From a virus: a stretch of 64,000 nucleotides of DNA. Position 1 is the first letter of the stretch. Each line of letters starts with the position of its first letter. Under the pieces are notes generated by a model. It was not told the DNA's origin. It was given only the letters and a program-made list of their open reading frames with translations, and made no database searches. The stretch covers positions 1-64,000 of IMG/VR virus record IMGVR_UViG_3300037493_003022; one strand, given 5' to 3'. A program made the translations under genes and the position numbers. Below, piece after piece: positions 1 to 8,878 of the stretch.

Positions 1-42
1 CATGAAAAGAGTGTATATGAGAACTTAATCAAAGGAAAGATA
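1..42 (-). promoter_or_regulatory. sigma70-like promoter of the TATCTTT-N20-[-10]-N6-ATG family; the downstream gene lies outside the window
   Basis: Minus strand reads TATCTTT(42-36)-N20-TACACT(15-10)-N6-ATG(3-1), the same spacing as the sites at 8264-8305 and 58883-58924. Confidence 0.55.
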
Positions 43-44
43 AT

Positions 45-824
45 TTAATGGGAATTATTCGACTTACAATGCGGAAACATGTCGTTGTAGGGGCCGCCCA
101 TTCTTCGAACATGAAAGGCTAAAACCTCAGCGTACTTATCATCGCGACGGCCTGGCCAGAAGAGCCACGGATAACGAGAGCTATCTTTGGCGCGCTCTAT
201 CATATGATAAGCGGTAGCTCGGGCACCTCCTTCAACAGTGAGCATCTCTTCAATGGAGACAGGTCGAACGGTGCGACTCGTCACATCGTACATACTCGTA
301 TTGTGAGGAAACAAAGTCTGGGTCAAACCCGAGTCGATACCCGATCTCTTCTTCTTGAACTCTTTGCTAGAGACCATCTTGATGATGTCTTTCTTATCAA
401 AGCGAGTCCAATGCTTTTCCTTCCTTACAAGGTCATTCTTCAAAGCCCATTCACGAGAACGAGGCCCAGTAACACAGGGATTTCCACGCGACTCCTGGTA
501 TACGAGAGCCAGGGCTCCCCATAGATAAATTGAATCTTTAAGACCTACTTCTAGCAAAGCTACCCGCAAAGCAAAGGCAAGGTGAATGCCGCGCTTATCA
601 TAGTCTTCCTTTGGAGTGACGACCCCACATTCATACCAGGCGGCGTTTTCCGCCCTAATAGTTTTCGCGAACCCTTTTCCTGCGGAAACTACGAGATCGT
701 CTTCGAGTGTAAGCTGCTGGGCGACAGCTTGAGATTCGGTCTCAGGGACATACGCCTGAGCTGGGCCACCTGGAAAGAGCAGCAGGCCAACGAGAAACGT
801 GAAAACGACTGTGAAACGAGCCAT
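45..824 (-). CDS. exported lytic transglycosylase (SLT/lysozyme-like fold)
   Basis: N-terminal signal peptide (..GPAQA/Y); catalytic motif ALVYQESRGNP followed by the GLMQ-like SGLTQ; SD GGAGG. Confidence 0.65.
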   Translation of the reverse strand: MARFTVVFTFLVGLLLFPGGPAQAYVPETESQAVAQQLTLEDDLVVSAGKGFAKTIRAENAAWYECGVVTPKEDYDKRGIHLAFALRVALLEVGLKDSIYLWGALALVYQESRGNPCVTGPRSREWALKNDLVRKEKHWTRFDKKDIIKMVSSKEFKKKRSGIDSGLTQTLFPHNTSMYDVTSRTVRPVSIEEMLTVEGGARATAYHMIERAKDSSRYPWLFWPGRRDDKYAEVLAFHVRRMGGPYNDMFPHCKSNNSH

Positions 825-833
825 GGAAACCTC

Positions 834-1811
834 CTACGCTGCCAGGAGTTCTGCGGAGCGACAAAGCTCGACGATAGAGAACTCTCTTCTGACAACATCA
901 TCGGGGTCACTGTTTTCAGAATCGGCCGGATATTCGATCCCACTCACGAGAATCGACTTAAAAAGAAACTTCGCTAATTTGTCTCTTCCAGTTCTTCCGG
1001 CAACGTCATTATCCAAAAACAAAATGACCTCATTTGAAAAACCCTTAATACTTTGAATTTGTCGCTTTGAAGGATCAGAGCCGAGAAGTCCGACTACAGA
1101 ATATTCGTCAAGAGCGTTTTCCTTTCTCAACGCTTGCCAGACGGAAACTGTGTCTAGTAGCCCCTCGACAACGATCAGCTTCTCTCCCCGTACAAGATGT
1201 TCGCCGAACAAGTACCTCGACTTATCAAAATTGAAATAATTAAAGTACCGAATGTGGTGATCGTTGACAGTTCTCCCAACCGCGCCAACTAACAAACCTG
1301 AACGATTTCTGACGGGAAATACTGCGCGTTTTCGTGTCGTGTCATAACCACATTCCCAGATCCTCAAAGTTTCAATTTCTAGTCCCCGCCGAATTACATA
1401 GCGGGGAACTACGCCGAACATGGGAGCTAGTTCTTTTTCGTCAATTATATTTTCTGGTTCGACCTCCACTTTCTCACTATAGCTAGGAATCTTTTCTAGC
1501 AGTGCTTCTGGGTCTTGTTGTTCGAGTTGAGTTACTTTTCTAATAAGAGTTGAAAGATCCAACTCTGCTTCTCTGGAATACTTAACGAGAGTGTACGCAA
1601 GGGAGCCGCTGTGCTTGCACGATAAACAATGAACCAAGGACACTCCATCTGGAGATATGGAGATACCCATGGAGGATCTACGCTTATGAACTTCTCGGTG
1701 GGTTTTCGCACAAGACTCTAAGAAGCAAACGCACTGGACATTTCGAGACCCCGGTTGCACACCTTCGGCGTCGATTATTTCGAGAACTTCGAGTATGCCT
1801 TCTCTATCCAT
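834..1811 (-). CDS. dnaG: DNA primase (Zn-binding domain plus TOPRIM)
   Basis: N-terminal Cys/His cluster (CVC..HCLSC), FPVRN..VGAVGR, VVEGLLD and FLDNDVAG TOPRIM motifs, DPDD; near the helicase. Confidence 0.88.
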   Translation of the reverse strand: MDREGILEVLEIIDAEGVQPGSRNVQCVCFLESCAKTHREVHKRRSSMGISISPDGVSLVHCLSCKHSGSLAYTLVKYSREAELDLSTLIRKVTQLEQQDPEALLEKIPSYSEKVEVEPENIIDEKELAPMFGVVPRYVIRRGLEIETLRIWECGYDTTRKRAVFPVRNRSGLLVGAVGRTVNDHHIRYFNYFNFDKSRYLFGEHLVRGEKLIVVEGLLDTVSVWQALRKENALDEYSVVGLLGSDPSKRQIQSIKGFSNEVILFLDNDVAGRTGRDKLAKFLFKSILVSGIEYPADSENSDPDDVVRREFSIVELCRSAELLAA

Positions 1812-2034
1812 CGTCTTCCTCGAGCAACGTCAAAATCGTATCAATCTGTGTGCAGGTGGTATCCCCACCACCCGTTCTTTCATTTTCGACACGTCTAGCA
1901 ACGAACTCCCTCTGCTCCTTCAAATACTCGATTGAAGGGCGATCGTCGTGCAATTCGAGTCTAGTTATAGCATAATCGATTGCTTCGAGAAGCCTAAAAT
2001 AAAGTGGTTGCTCTAGCGTGATTTTAGCTACCAT
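1804..2034 (-). CDS. hypothetical protein
   Basis: 76-aa ORF overlapping the helicase stop and the primase start. Confidence 0.6.
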   Translation of the reverse strand: MVAKITLEQPLYFRLLEAIDYAITRLELHDDRPSIEYLKEQREFVARRVENERTGGGDTTCTQIDTILTLLEEDDG

Positions 2035-3290
2035 TAGTAGTCCACCGGGCCTTGTTTATCATACGGTTTTGCATCTTGAGGGAGATCATTCAGGGTCTTA
2101 ACATCGAATTTCATATAGTCCAAGTCCCAATCGCAAACCCAATCCTTATTCATACCCTCTCTATGTTTCGCTATCTTCATGAGCATCTCCTTATTGTTCT
2201 TCAAATTCTCATCTTGATAGACACCTATGATCAGGTCGAACCACATTTGAACGTCGCCATACTTTAGAGTATCAGCGGTTCCTTCTAAACCTTTTCCCTC
2301 TTTCGAAAACTGATGGGTCATAACGATCGGGATGTTTTCTCTGAGGGCAAGCTTCTTTAAATCCCAGCAAACATTCTTAAACTTCTCCCATCCCTCTTTA
2401 GCCTTACGATCGTCGGAGACGAGATAACCACCGTCAATGTAAACAATAGCAGGATGATACCTTTGAATCTTAGCGGCGATACCTGTGACGCCAATCATTC
2501 CCTCGTCATCACCAATAACCCAAAAGTCAGGTTTATTCTTTAAGTCCTCTAAAGTCCTTTCCCAGCGAAAGAATTCATCTGTGGTGAGCTGTCCTGCTTT
2601 GAATCTCTGATAGGGAAGCTGAGCGTTTACAGCGTCAAGTCGTCTTATTATTTGCCAGATAGCCATTTCGTTAGAAAACAAAAGAGGAAGACAACCTGCT
2701 TTCCAGTTAAACCAAGATAAAACAACTTCACACCACGACTTTCCCACGCCGCCCCTACCCGCAATCATGATAAGTTCGCCAGGATTAAAGCCTTGAGTAG
2801 CTTCATTAAGAACACCCCAAGGAGTGGGTATGCCTGTTATACCGCCGCTAAGTTGAGCTTCGTTGTATCTATCAAGACGTTCTCTAACCTGATCCCGAAA
2901 GTTAAAATCTTTTGTTGAACGAGTTTCATTTTCAACTTTAAGTACGCACTGCTGCATTATCTCTAATGCAGCCATAGGATCCTTACCTTTGAGATGCTTC
3001 ATCAGAGAACCCTGATGTTCCATGATGGTGTTATGAATATGTCTCTTCTTTAATTCTGAAATAAACAGTGTTATCGGAGTGTTTAAATCTAGAACTTCAA
3101 ACTCTGGAAATCGCTCTTGAACTAAATTTGCTGGAGGAAGTCCTCCGTGTTCCCTGTAACTCTCTGTTACGAACTTCCAAATACCTGCGTGATCAACAAA
3201 CAGATCATCGCTTACACGAGAGTCAATTACTTTCAGAATCTCCTCGGGGTGATGAAGCACCCTGGAGATGAGAGCGCCTTCAAAGTCCAT
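2034..3290 (-). CDS. dnaB: replicative DnaB-like (SF4) helicase
   Basis: GIPTPW..LN..TQGF.PGEL..IAGRGGVGKS Walker A, FSNEM, YIDGGYL Walker B, LKKLA..NIPIV..HQ, KHREG. Confidence 0.92.
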   Translation of the reverse strand: MDFEGALISRVLHHPEEILKVIDSRVSDDLFVDHAGIWKFVTESYREHGGLPPANLVQERFPEFEVLDLNTPITLFISELKKRHIHNTIMEHQGSLMKHLKGKDPMAALEIMQQCVLKVENETRSTKDFNFRDQVRERLDRYNEAQLSGGITGIPTPWGVLNEATQGFNPGELIMIAGRGGVGKSWCEVVLSWFNWKAGCLPLLFSNEMAIWQIIRRLDAVNAQLPYQRFKAGQLTTDEFFRWERTLEDLKNKPDFWVIGDDEGMIGVTGIAAKIQRYHPAIVYIDGGYLVSDDRKAKEGWEKFKNVCWDLKKLALRENIPIVMTHQFSKEGKGLEGTADTLKYGDVQMWFDLIIGVYQDENLKNNKEMLMKIAKHREGMNKDWVCDWDLDYMKFDVKTLNDLPQDAKPYDKQGPVDY

Positions 3291-3291
3291 G

Positions 3292-3720
3292 CTATGCCTT
3301 CTCTCCCCAGTTGGCGTGAGGAACTGCTATGCCGTCCAGGCCCATCAATTCGGGGTCGTTTGTAAAGACTTTGTAGACCTGTGGAGTTTGGCGAAGCCAG
3401 AGTCGAAACTCTTGCCTATCGTCGAAGTGGTAGGTATCGACGACGTAATCTCCAAGAACCATATCTAAGGCACGAGCAATGAGAGGAACGCCTACTGAGA
3501 TGGCGACTATCCTATGCTGCTCAAGAGCAGTTTCTATCCAACCTCTCGCTCCTCTTTTCATGGGAAGTGCCCTTTTCATAAGAGTTTCGAAACTCTTATG
3601 AAGGAGCAATTCGGGTATTTTTTTAACAAACCATGAATACTCTTTTCTCTCTTCTATGAGGATTCGATAGTCAACTCCACAGATAGCAGCGGGACGATTA
3701 GAGAGCTCTCCCCTTTTCAT
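3292..3720 (-). CDS. hypothetical replication-module protein (start probably MKRGELSN)
   Basis: Purine-rich SD upstream of 3720; ends 1 nt before the helicase start. Confidence 0.6.
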   Translation of the reverse strand: MKRGELSNRPAAICGVDYRILIEERKEYSWFVKKIPELLLHKSFETLMKRALPMKRGARGWIETALEQHRIVAISVGVPLIARALDMVLGDYVVDTYHFDDRQEFRLWLRQTPQVYKVFTNDPELMGLDGIAVPHANWGEKA

Positions 3721-3856
3721 CCTTCCCCTCTTTCTTCTCATAGTAGGAACGAACTAGATCAACAGCAATATCCACCACAAGGGGAACCTGCGGAGGAGAG
3801 ACTTTCTGCTTCCTTCTGAAAATACGAGAAAAGAAATTCTTTATTTTTTTTATCAT
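3698..3856 (-). CDS. small basic amphipathic protein (start MIKKIKNFF)
   Basis: ATGA overlap with the stop of 3853..4830; amphipathic N-terminus KKIKNFFSRIFRR. Confidence 0.5.
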   Translation of the reverse strand: MIKKIKNFFSRIFRRKQKVSPPQVPLVVDIAVDLVRSYYEKKEGKDEKGRAL

Positions 3857-4830
3857 CCCACCAGATCCTTTGGCATGATCGCATTTGGGCCAACAAATAA
3901 TTCCTTTGGCCACTTCTTCATAGCTGCGTCGCGGGTTCTCTGATAGCGACCACCCGGAATGTCATCATCCCACCGACCATATTGGGCTGTTCCAATAGCT
4001 TGAATTAACTTTCTCGGGAAGACATCCCCGTTTTGGAATCCTGGTCGATAGGCAGAATCAATAACTTTGCAGAGGATCTTTAGTGCATATCCAGGAGCAT
4101 TAACTGAATTACTCCAATAGACAGACATAGCTAAATCGAGAGCATGGGACATCCCAGCAATCTCTTTCATATCAGAGTACACAACAGTCTTTAAGGTTTC
4201 ATTAGATAGAGCACCCTTTGTGCAGAATCTGAGTTTTTTAAAAGAATCTTTTTGAAAATTATCTGTGCCGTACTTTAATTGAGTTTCAAAAGTCCACTCA
4301 GAAGAAAAAAGCTTATGAAACATCTTGATAACGGACTCAGCGCCAATTCTCGAAGCACCCATTTTTGGAAGAACTCCTTCTTCATCCCCTGATAAAAGTC
4401 TCCTGAGAGTTTTTCCACGAAGCTTGAATGTAAATCCTACGGGATACGCGGTAGACTTTTCAATATAAATGCCCATTCGGAATAACCAATCTTCAAACTC
4501 ATTCCACGGACAATCGGTAATAGGAGCTTCTAAGTGAGTAAGCCAATGAGCTTTCAAGTCAGAAATGAGTTCCCATAACGGACCTTGGTCATTCTCCTTA
4601 TTATTATCATCGAGTGCTCTGGGATAAACAGCGATAGCTTGATGAATACCTGCGGTCATCCCAGTGCCATCGTAATTCATCACGGTTCCGAATTTTCCAC
4701 CTGATTCAACTTGAGCAGTAAGCCAAGACGCCCTGGAGAGATGGGAGATATCGAAGTCTTCAGGCTCAGGCATGTCGATCTTTCCGTTTATTTTAAGCCC
4801 AGCAAATTTTCCAAATGTGATTCGCTCCAT
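3853..4830 (-). CDS. putative lysozyme-fold peptidoglycan hydrolase (endolysin candidate)
   Basis: VESGGKFGTVMNYDGTGMTAGIHQ matches the E-(x)n-NxYD-x4-G-x2-Q pattern of lysozyme-like glycosidases; no signal peptide. Confidence 0.5.
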   Translation of the reverse strand: MERITFGKFAGLKINGKIDMPEPEDFDISHLSRASWLTAQVESGGKFGTVMNYDGTGMTAGIHQAIAVYPRALDDNNKENDQGPLWELISDLKAHWLTHLEAPITDCPWNEFEDWLFRMGIYIEKSTAYPVGFTFKLRGKTLRRLLSGDEEGVLPKMGASRIGAESVIKMFHKLFSSEWTFETQLKYGTDNFQKDSFKKLRFCTKGALSNETLKTVVYSDMKEIAGMSHALDLAMSVYWSNSVNAPGYALKILCKVIDSAYRPGFQNGDVFPRKLIQAIGTAQYGRWDDDIPGGRYQRTRDAAMKKWPKELFVGPNAIMPKDLVG

Positions 4831-4831
4831 C

Positions 4832-5446
4832 TCATTCTCCCTTCAGGTAGGTTTTTACTAGCTTGTTGCTAATTTTTTCTCTTCGAGAACTTCCGCCTAG
4901 CTTAATCGGAATCATACATTCCTTAGCTAGTTCTCCAGTGGATGGTCCGTAGATATTCGTAAACTCATCGGGGGGAAGGTTAGAAGTTATGCTAGTAGGT
5001 AGCTTTCTTCTGCATCTATCGCGGAGTAAAGAACCAAAAGCAGTTTCTGAAAAACCACTTGCGGTTCGATACTCTTTACCTAGATCGTCGATGACTAAAA
5101 AATTCACGTAATTTATACGCTCAATAACAGTCTCATTAGAATCAGGGTTTGCAGGAAAATCCTTTATGAAGGCTTCCTTTAATTCTGCTGCGCGGATTAT
5201 GTAACTTGAAATTCGAAATTGAGCTGTCGCTTCGATACAAAGAGCTGAAGCAACATAAGACTTACCCGTCGAATTCGGACCCCATAGAAAAATACCAACT
5301 CCATCTCGAATAGCCTCTCCTAATTTATCAGGATAGCTACCGAGAGCCTCTTCTTGACTACTCGTCAGAAGGTTTAGTCTTGAAGACCAATACCGCTTTC
5401 CTAGGTTCATGTACTTTAGATGATTTTCCGTTATCTCCACTGGCAT
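4832..5446 (-). CDS. DnaC/IstB-like AAA+ helicase loader
   Basis: GIFLWGPNSTGKS Walker A, FLVIDDLGKE Walker B, PTSITSNL sensor. Confidence 0.88.
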   Translation of the reverse strand: MPVEITENHLKYMNLGKRYWSSRLNLLTSSQEEALGSYPDKLGEAIRDGVGIFLWGPNSTGKSYVASALCIEATAQFRISSYIIRAAELKEAFIKDFPANPDSNETVIERINYVNFLVIDDLGKEYRTASGFSETAFGSLLRDRCRRKLPTSITSNLPPDEFTNIYGPSTGELAKECMIPIKLGGSSRREKISNKLVKTYLKGE

Positions 5447-5708
5447 TCTTGGCCTCCTTTTTTGTCTTATCTATTTCTGGAGCCCTCGTTACCTTCTGTT
5501 CAGGAATTCGATACTTCTGCATATAGGATCTTTTGATTCGAATCATGTCGATCTCGGTTCTAGCGGTAAACTTAACCAGAACCTTATCCTGGAAACGAGG
5601 ATCGGTTACTTCCAGAAGATACTGGATTTCTTCCTCGTCTCGAATAGGAGTGATCTTCAATGCGCGGCATCGTGCCAAACCAGCTTCGCTCATTCGTGAA
5701 TATGTCAT
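5358..5708 (-). CDS. hypothetical protein
   Basis: Starts 1 nt after the initiator stop; 3' end overlaps the loader gene. Confidence 0.55.
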   Translation of the reverse strand: MTYSRMSEAGLARCRALKITPIRDEEEIQYLLEVTDPRFQDKVLVKFTARTEIDMIRIKRSYMQKYRIPEQKVTRAPEIDKTKKEAKNASGDNGKSSKVHEPRKAVLVFKTKPSDE

Positions 5709-5709
5709 T

Positions 5710-6732
5710 TTAACCCCACGAGCCTGAAGGAATGTCCTTGGCTACGTATTCGGCGCCTGGCGCCGCAGTTTGTTTCTTAGGATTAAGAGCCTCTGGAACG
5801 AGAGAACGTCTGTATCCGTACAGAACGAGCATGTCAGGAACCAAACTCTTAATCCTGAATTTATGGGCTAGCACTCTCCAGTTATCGAAGCAATACTTAA
5901 AATAAGCAACAACATTTTCATACCCCTGCTCATCAATCAGGTCCTTGGCATGTTTCCTCTCCCTGTTTGTCCAAGCAATAGGGTACCCCTGGAGTTTGGA
6001 CTCTTCCCACAGAGAGCAGAAAAGAGACCATAGAGTACGACAATTTTGATGCTCTACCTCCTTAGCATACCTGGGAGACTTCGCATACGACGCTGGAGAT
6101 TCGTACATCTTCTTTGCGGGGAGCTTCTCAAAGGCGGAATCTTCTCGGTTGAATTCGTCAGGAATTCTGGAAAGTGGCTTTCCCACCTTCTTTGCGCGTC
6201 TCCCTTCGTTCAGCAAGGCTCCATTCTCTATCTTTTGTTTTAGCGAAGCCATGCTTCCTTCGTCAGATCCGTACACCTTCGGTGTTGCCATCTCATTCTC
6301 CTGGATAGATTGTTGGTGTAGCTCTGGTTTCTGTGTGTTAGCAGCTGTATTTTTTGCATTCCTACTTATTATTTTATTATATAAGCAGGAATCAGGAGTA
6401 TAGGAATGCGCCGTTGAAATTATGGCTGTTTGTTGTGAGGGGGTGTCTAAGTTAGAAAGGTAGACGACTTCGCTTTCCAGAATAGGATTTGGATCGACAT
6501 ACTTATAAGGGCAATCCGAAGAAAAACAATAAGTCCACCGTCCTCCAGAATCTCTAATCATGAGAAGCCAACCTGATTCTTTTATTTTACGAATTCTTCT
6601 TTCGACTGTCTTAATTGAGATAGATAACTCGCGAGAAACTTCTACTTGAGTGACGGACCCTCTGTCACGCTGAATCTTTTGCAGACACAGAATTACCTCT
6701 ATGTCAGTACCATCAATATCATGAGGGTTCAT
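5710..6732 (-). CDS. putative replication initiator with N-terminal winged HTH
   Basis: VTQVEVSRELSISIKTVERRIRKIKESGWL HTH, low-complexity middle, helical C-terminal domain; upstream of a DnaC-like loader. Confidence 0.7.
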   Translation of the reverse strand: MNPHDIDGTDIEVILCLQKIQRDRGSVTQVEVSRELSISIKTVERRIRKIKESGWLLMIRDSGGRWTYCFSSDCPYKYVDPNPILESEVVYLSNLDTPSQQTAIISTAHSYTPDSCLYNKIISRNAKNTAANTQKPELHQQSIQENEMATPKVYGSDEGSMASLKQKIENGALLNEGRRAKKVGKPLSRIPDEFNREDSAFEKLPAKKMYESPASYAKSPRYAKEVEHQNCRTLWSLFCSLWEESKLQGYPIAWTNRERKHAKDLIDEQGYENVVAYFKYCFDNWRVLAHKFRIKSLVPDMLVLYGYRRSLVPEALNPKKQTAAPGAEYVAKDIPSGSWG

Positions 6733-6764
6733 AGCAGCTCCAATGTAGAAATTTTGACAAGATA

Positions 6765-6793
6765 AGAATAGAGGTTTACTCGAGGAAAGTAAA
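6765..6793 (-). promoter_or_regulatory. sigma70-like promoter for the replication operon
   Basis: TTTACT-N17-TATTCT in the AT-rich gap upstream of 6732. Confidence 0.45.
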
Positions 6794-6818
6794 GGGGAAA
6801 GTTAAGATAGCTTAATTT

Positions 6819-8216
6819 TTACTTCAACAGTTTAAAATTGTAAACGATAACCCACAAGTCCTGCATGGAGTCTACGTGGTCCTTGTAGCCATCCGAGCTA
6901 CCCGCGATTCGATGAGACAGCTCGTGAATGTACACCTTGAGGGTGTGATTGAAGTTGGAGAGGAGAGACTTGCTCAGAGTGATTTTCCCGGTAACCATGT
7001 CGCACAACCCCTGAGTCTTTGAATCGAAGAAATCGGCGATTTCAACTGCGTCGAGAATGCGTGAGGGGATGCCCGTGAGGGTGTGGACTCCTACACCCAG
7101 TTGGTCGGAAAGATCCTGGATGTCTACAGGAAGGCTCGGAATGAACTCCTTGAGGGTGCCAAAGAGGACCTCGAGCTTCTCCAGGTTGAGCTTCTCCAAG
7201 TCGGTCAGCTCACCGTGCGAGTACGCTTTCTTCACAGCGTTCGAAAAAGCTGCCTTCACCTGTATGACATTCTGAACTTTCGTGTTGACCAGGAGATCTC
7301 GAAGGTTGTTGTTGGCAACAATTCCTCTTCGGCCGAAATGTTCAATTTCAGCGGAATCCCCGATGCTCTGGACAGGGACGGCGGTATCCCCGAACTCCTC
7401 GACGAACTGCTCGGAGACGACCTCTTTCAAGGTAGACCCGGAATACTGACCGAGACCCTTGGCATCCTCCCAGTCATTCTGGAGAAGCTCGAAGACGATC
7501 TTCCCGATTTTCTGAGGGGATTTGGCGGCAGCTTCCGAGAACATCTGTCCGATTTCCCATCTCTTGTTGAACGCATCGACAAGGCGACGATCTCGGTCGA
7601 GCCGGACATTCTTCAGGTCGTAGCCATAGCGAAGTCCCAGGTCGATAGTTACGAAGATGCCCTTGGCGTAAATCCTACCTTTGAAAGCGGGATCGAAGAG
7701 GATCGTTCCAGACTGCGTGCGAACGAAAGAGTCGTCGGGAAGTTCCGTCAGAGGAAGAAAGTTCCGTTTGTACTCTTCCCATTCCTGCTCGGTGATGTCG
7801 ATGGTGACTTCAACCCCGTCGCCTTCCTTGCGGCGATTTCGGGTGTTCACCTGGAGAACGCGCTCCCCGTACTCAACCGAGTAGGAGATCGAAGGAGTCC
7901 ACACTTCCCAGGGAGTTTCGATCCGCATTTTTCGGCCGGCTCGAACAGCAGCGAGCATCCCAAGATTGAGACCCTCTCCATGCTGACCTCTCAAGTCGAG
8001 TTCAGACTTCGTGGAGTGCCCAATGAGAAGAGCCTTTGCGTTCAGATTGGCTCCAATGTTGCGAACAGAGAGTTGATTGTTCTTGTGAGACACAATCAGC
8101 TCATTTCCATTCTCTTCCTGTTCGTCGAGGCCGTTCTGAACAGCTTCACGAACAGCTTCCCAGATGCCCCAGGATGAAACGTAACTGTGTTTGATTGGCA
8201 ATACGTACACTGTCAT
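6819..8216 (-). CDS. GHKL (HATPase) ATPase fused to a C-terminal HExxH zincin-like metallopeptidase
   Basis: WEAVREAVQNGLD (ExxxNxxD), LLIGHSTK..GQHGEGL, C-terminal IHELSH..DG..H; start revised to MTVYVLP after SD GAGGT. Confidence 0.75.
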   Translation of the reverse strand: MTVYVLPIKHSYVSSWGIWEAVREAVQNGLDEQEENGNELIVSHKNNQLSVRNIGANLNAKALLIGHSTKSELDLRGQHGEGLNLGMLAAVRAGRKMRIETPWEVWTPSISYSVEYGERVLQVNTRNRRKEGDGVEVTIDITEQEWEEYKRNFLPLTELPDDSFVRTQSGTILFDPAFKGRIYAKGIFVTIDLGLRYGYDLKNVRLDRDRRLVDAFNKRWEIGQMFSEAAAKSPQKIGKIVFELLQNDWEDAKGLGQYSGSTLKEVVSEQFVEEFGDTAVPVQSIGDSAEIEHFGRRGIVANNNLRDLLVNTKVQNVIQVKAAFSNAVKKAYSHGELTDLEKLNLEKLEVLFGTLKEFIPSLPVDIQDLSDQLGVGVHTLTGIPSRILDAVEIADFFDSKTQGLCDMVTGKITLSKSLLSNFNHTLKVYIHELSHRIAGSSDGYKDHVDSMQDLWVIVYNFKLLK

Positions 8217-8266
8217 AGCATACCTCTTTGTTGTTGGGGTTTGCGGAAGTTTGTGATTTGTTTCAT
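8213..8266 (-). CDS. candidate leaderless 17-aa leader peptide MKQITNFRKPQQQRGML
   Basis: ATG 6 nt after the TATCAT -10 box; its TGA overlaps the ATG of the GHKL gene (ATGA). Confidence 0.35.
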   Translation of the reverse strand: MKQITNFRKPQQQRGML

Positions 8267-8305
8267 GCAAAGATGATACAAGATAGCCGGAGAGAAATAA
8301 AGATA
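8264..8305 (-). promoter_or_regulatory. sigma70-like promoter, TATCTTT-N20-TATCAT-N6-ATG
   Basis: Same architecture as 1-42 and 58883-58924. Confidence 0.6.
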
Positions 8306-8332
8306 AAAGTAAGTAGCTCTAATTAAAAGAAG

Positions 8333-8878
8333 TTATCTGTTTACAGCGATAACTACGGAAGTCTCAACCACAACACCAACCAAGAGGCCAACGCCAATCC
8401 ACACAAGAGGATTTCGATACCAAGAATGCAATCTAGCTTCGGCATCTTCTAGTTTAACCTCTGTGAGTTGCTGAGATTTAATCGCATCTTCTCTGGCCTT
8501 TGTAGCTTCTTCCATGCCTAGTTTAAAATTCTCCATCCTCTCTGATCTTTTGATAAGAGCAGACTCAAGATGGGTAATTTTAAGCTCTAGTTTTGGAATA
8601 AGCTCTACGTCGGATAAGACCTTATCTGCCATGGATCGAGGAAGCCATACTCCGTCAGTCCCATCCAGATTCAACTCTTGTGCTTCTGTAAGGATAGGAC
8701 TGTTTGAAGTAATCTTTACTTTCTTATCTTCCGCTCTCGTTGTTCCTGCCATAAATACGATTAAAGCCAGAAACAGTGTCCTCAGTAGTCCTATCCTTAG
8801 GCTTTTTTGCCTCCTCGATAGCCTTGTCATCTGACCTAATCCAATTCTGTAAATTGACATCTTCTGCTTTGAGAACAT
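8333..8878 (-). CDS. exported coiled-coil protein with C-terminal membrane anchor (spanin-like position; true start probably near 8830)
   Basis: Signal-like segment LFLALIVFMAGTTRA, coiled coil, C-terminal WYRNPLVWIGVGLLVGVVV; overlaps 8724..9080. Confidence 0.6.
   Translation of the reverse strand: MFSKQKMSIYRIGLGQMTRLSRRQKSLRIGLLRTLFLALIVFMAGTTRAEDKKVKITSNSPILTEAQELNLDGTDGVWLPRSMADKVLSDVELIPKLELKITHLESALIKRSERMENFKLGMEEATKAREDAIKSQQLTEVKLEDAEARLHSWYRNPLVWIGVGLLVGVVVETSVVIAVNR

Noticed and set aside
360-2020. Frequent CTAG tetramers
   Set aside because: About ten in 2 kb is near random expectation; not depleted, but not evidence of a system without a genome-wide count
7083-8177. 364-aa plus-strand ORF
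   Set aside because: Antisense shadow of the GHKL gene; no motifs or RBS
8217-8270. ORF-track N-terminal extension MHETNHK.. of the GHKL gene
   Set aside because: The TTG start lies between the -10 box and predicted +1; the SD supports the ATG at 8216
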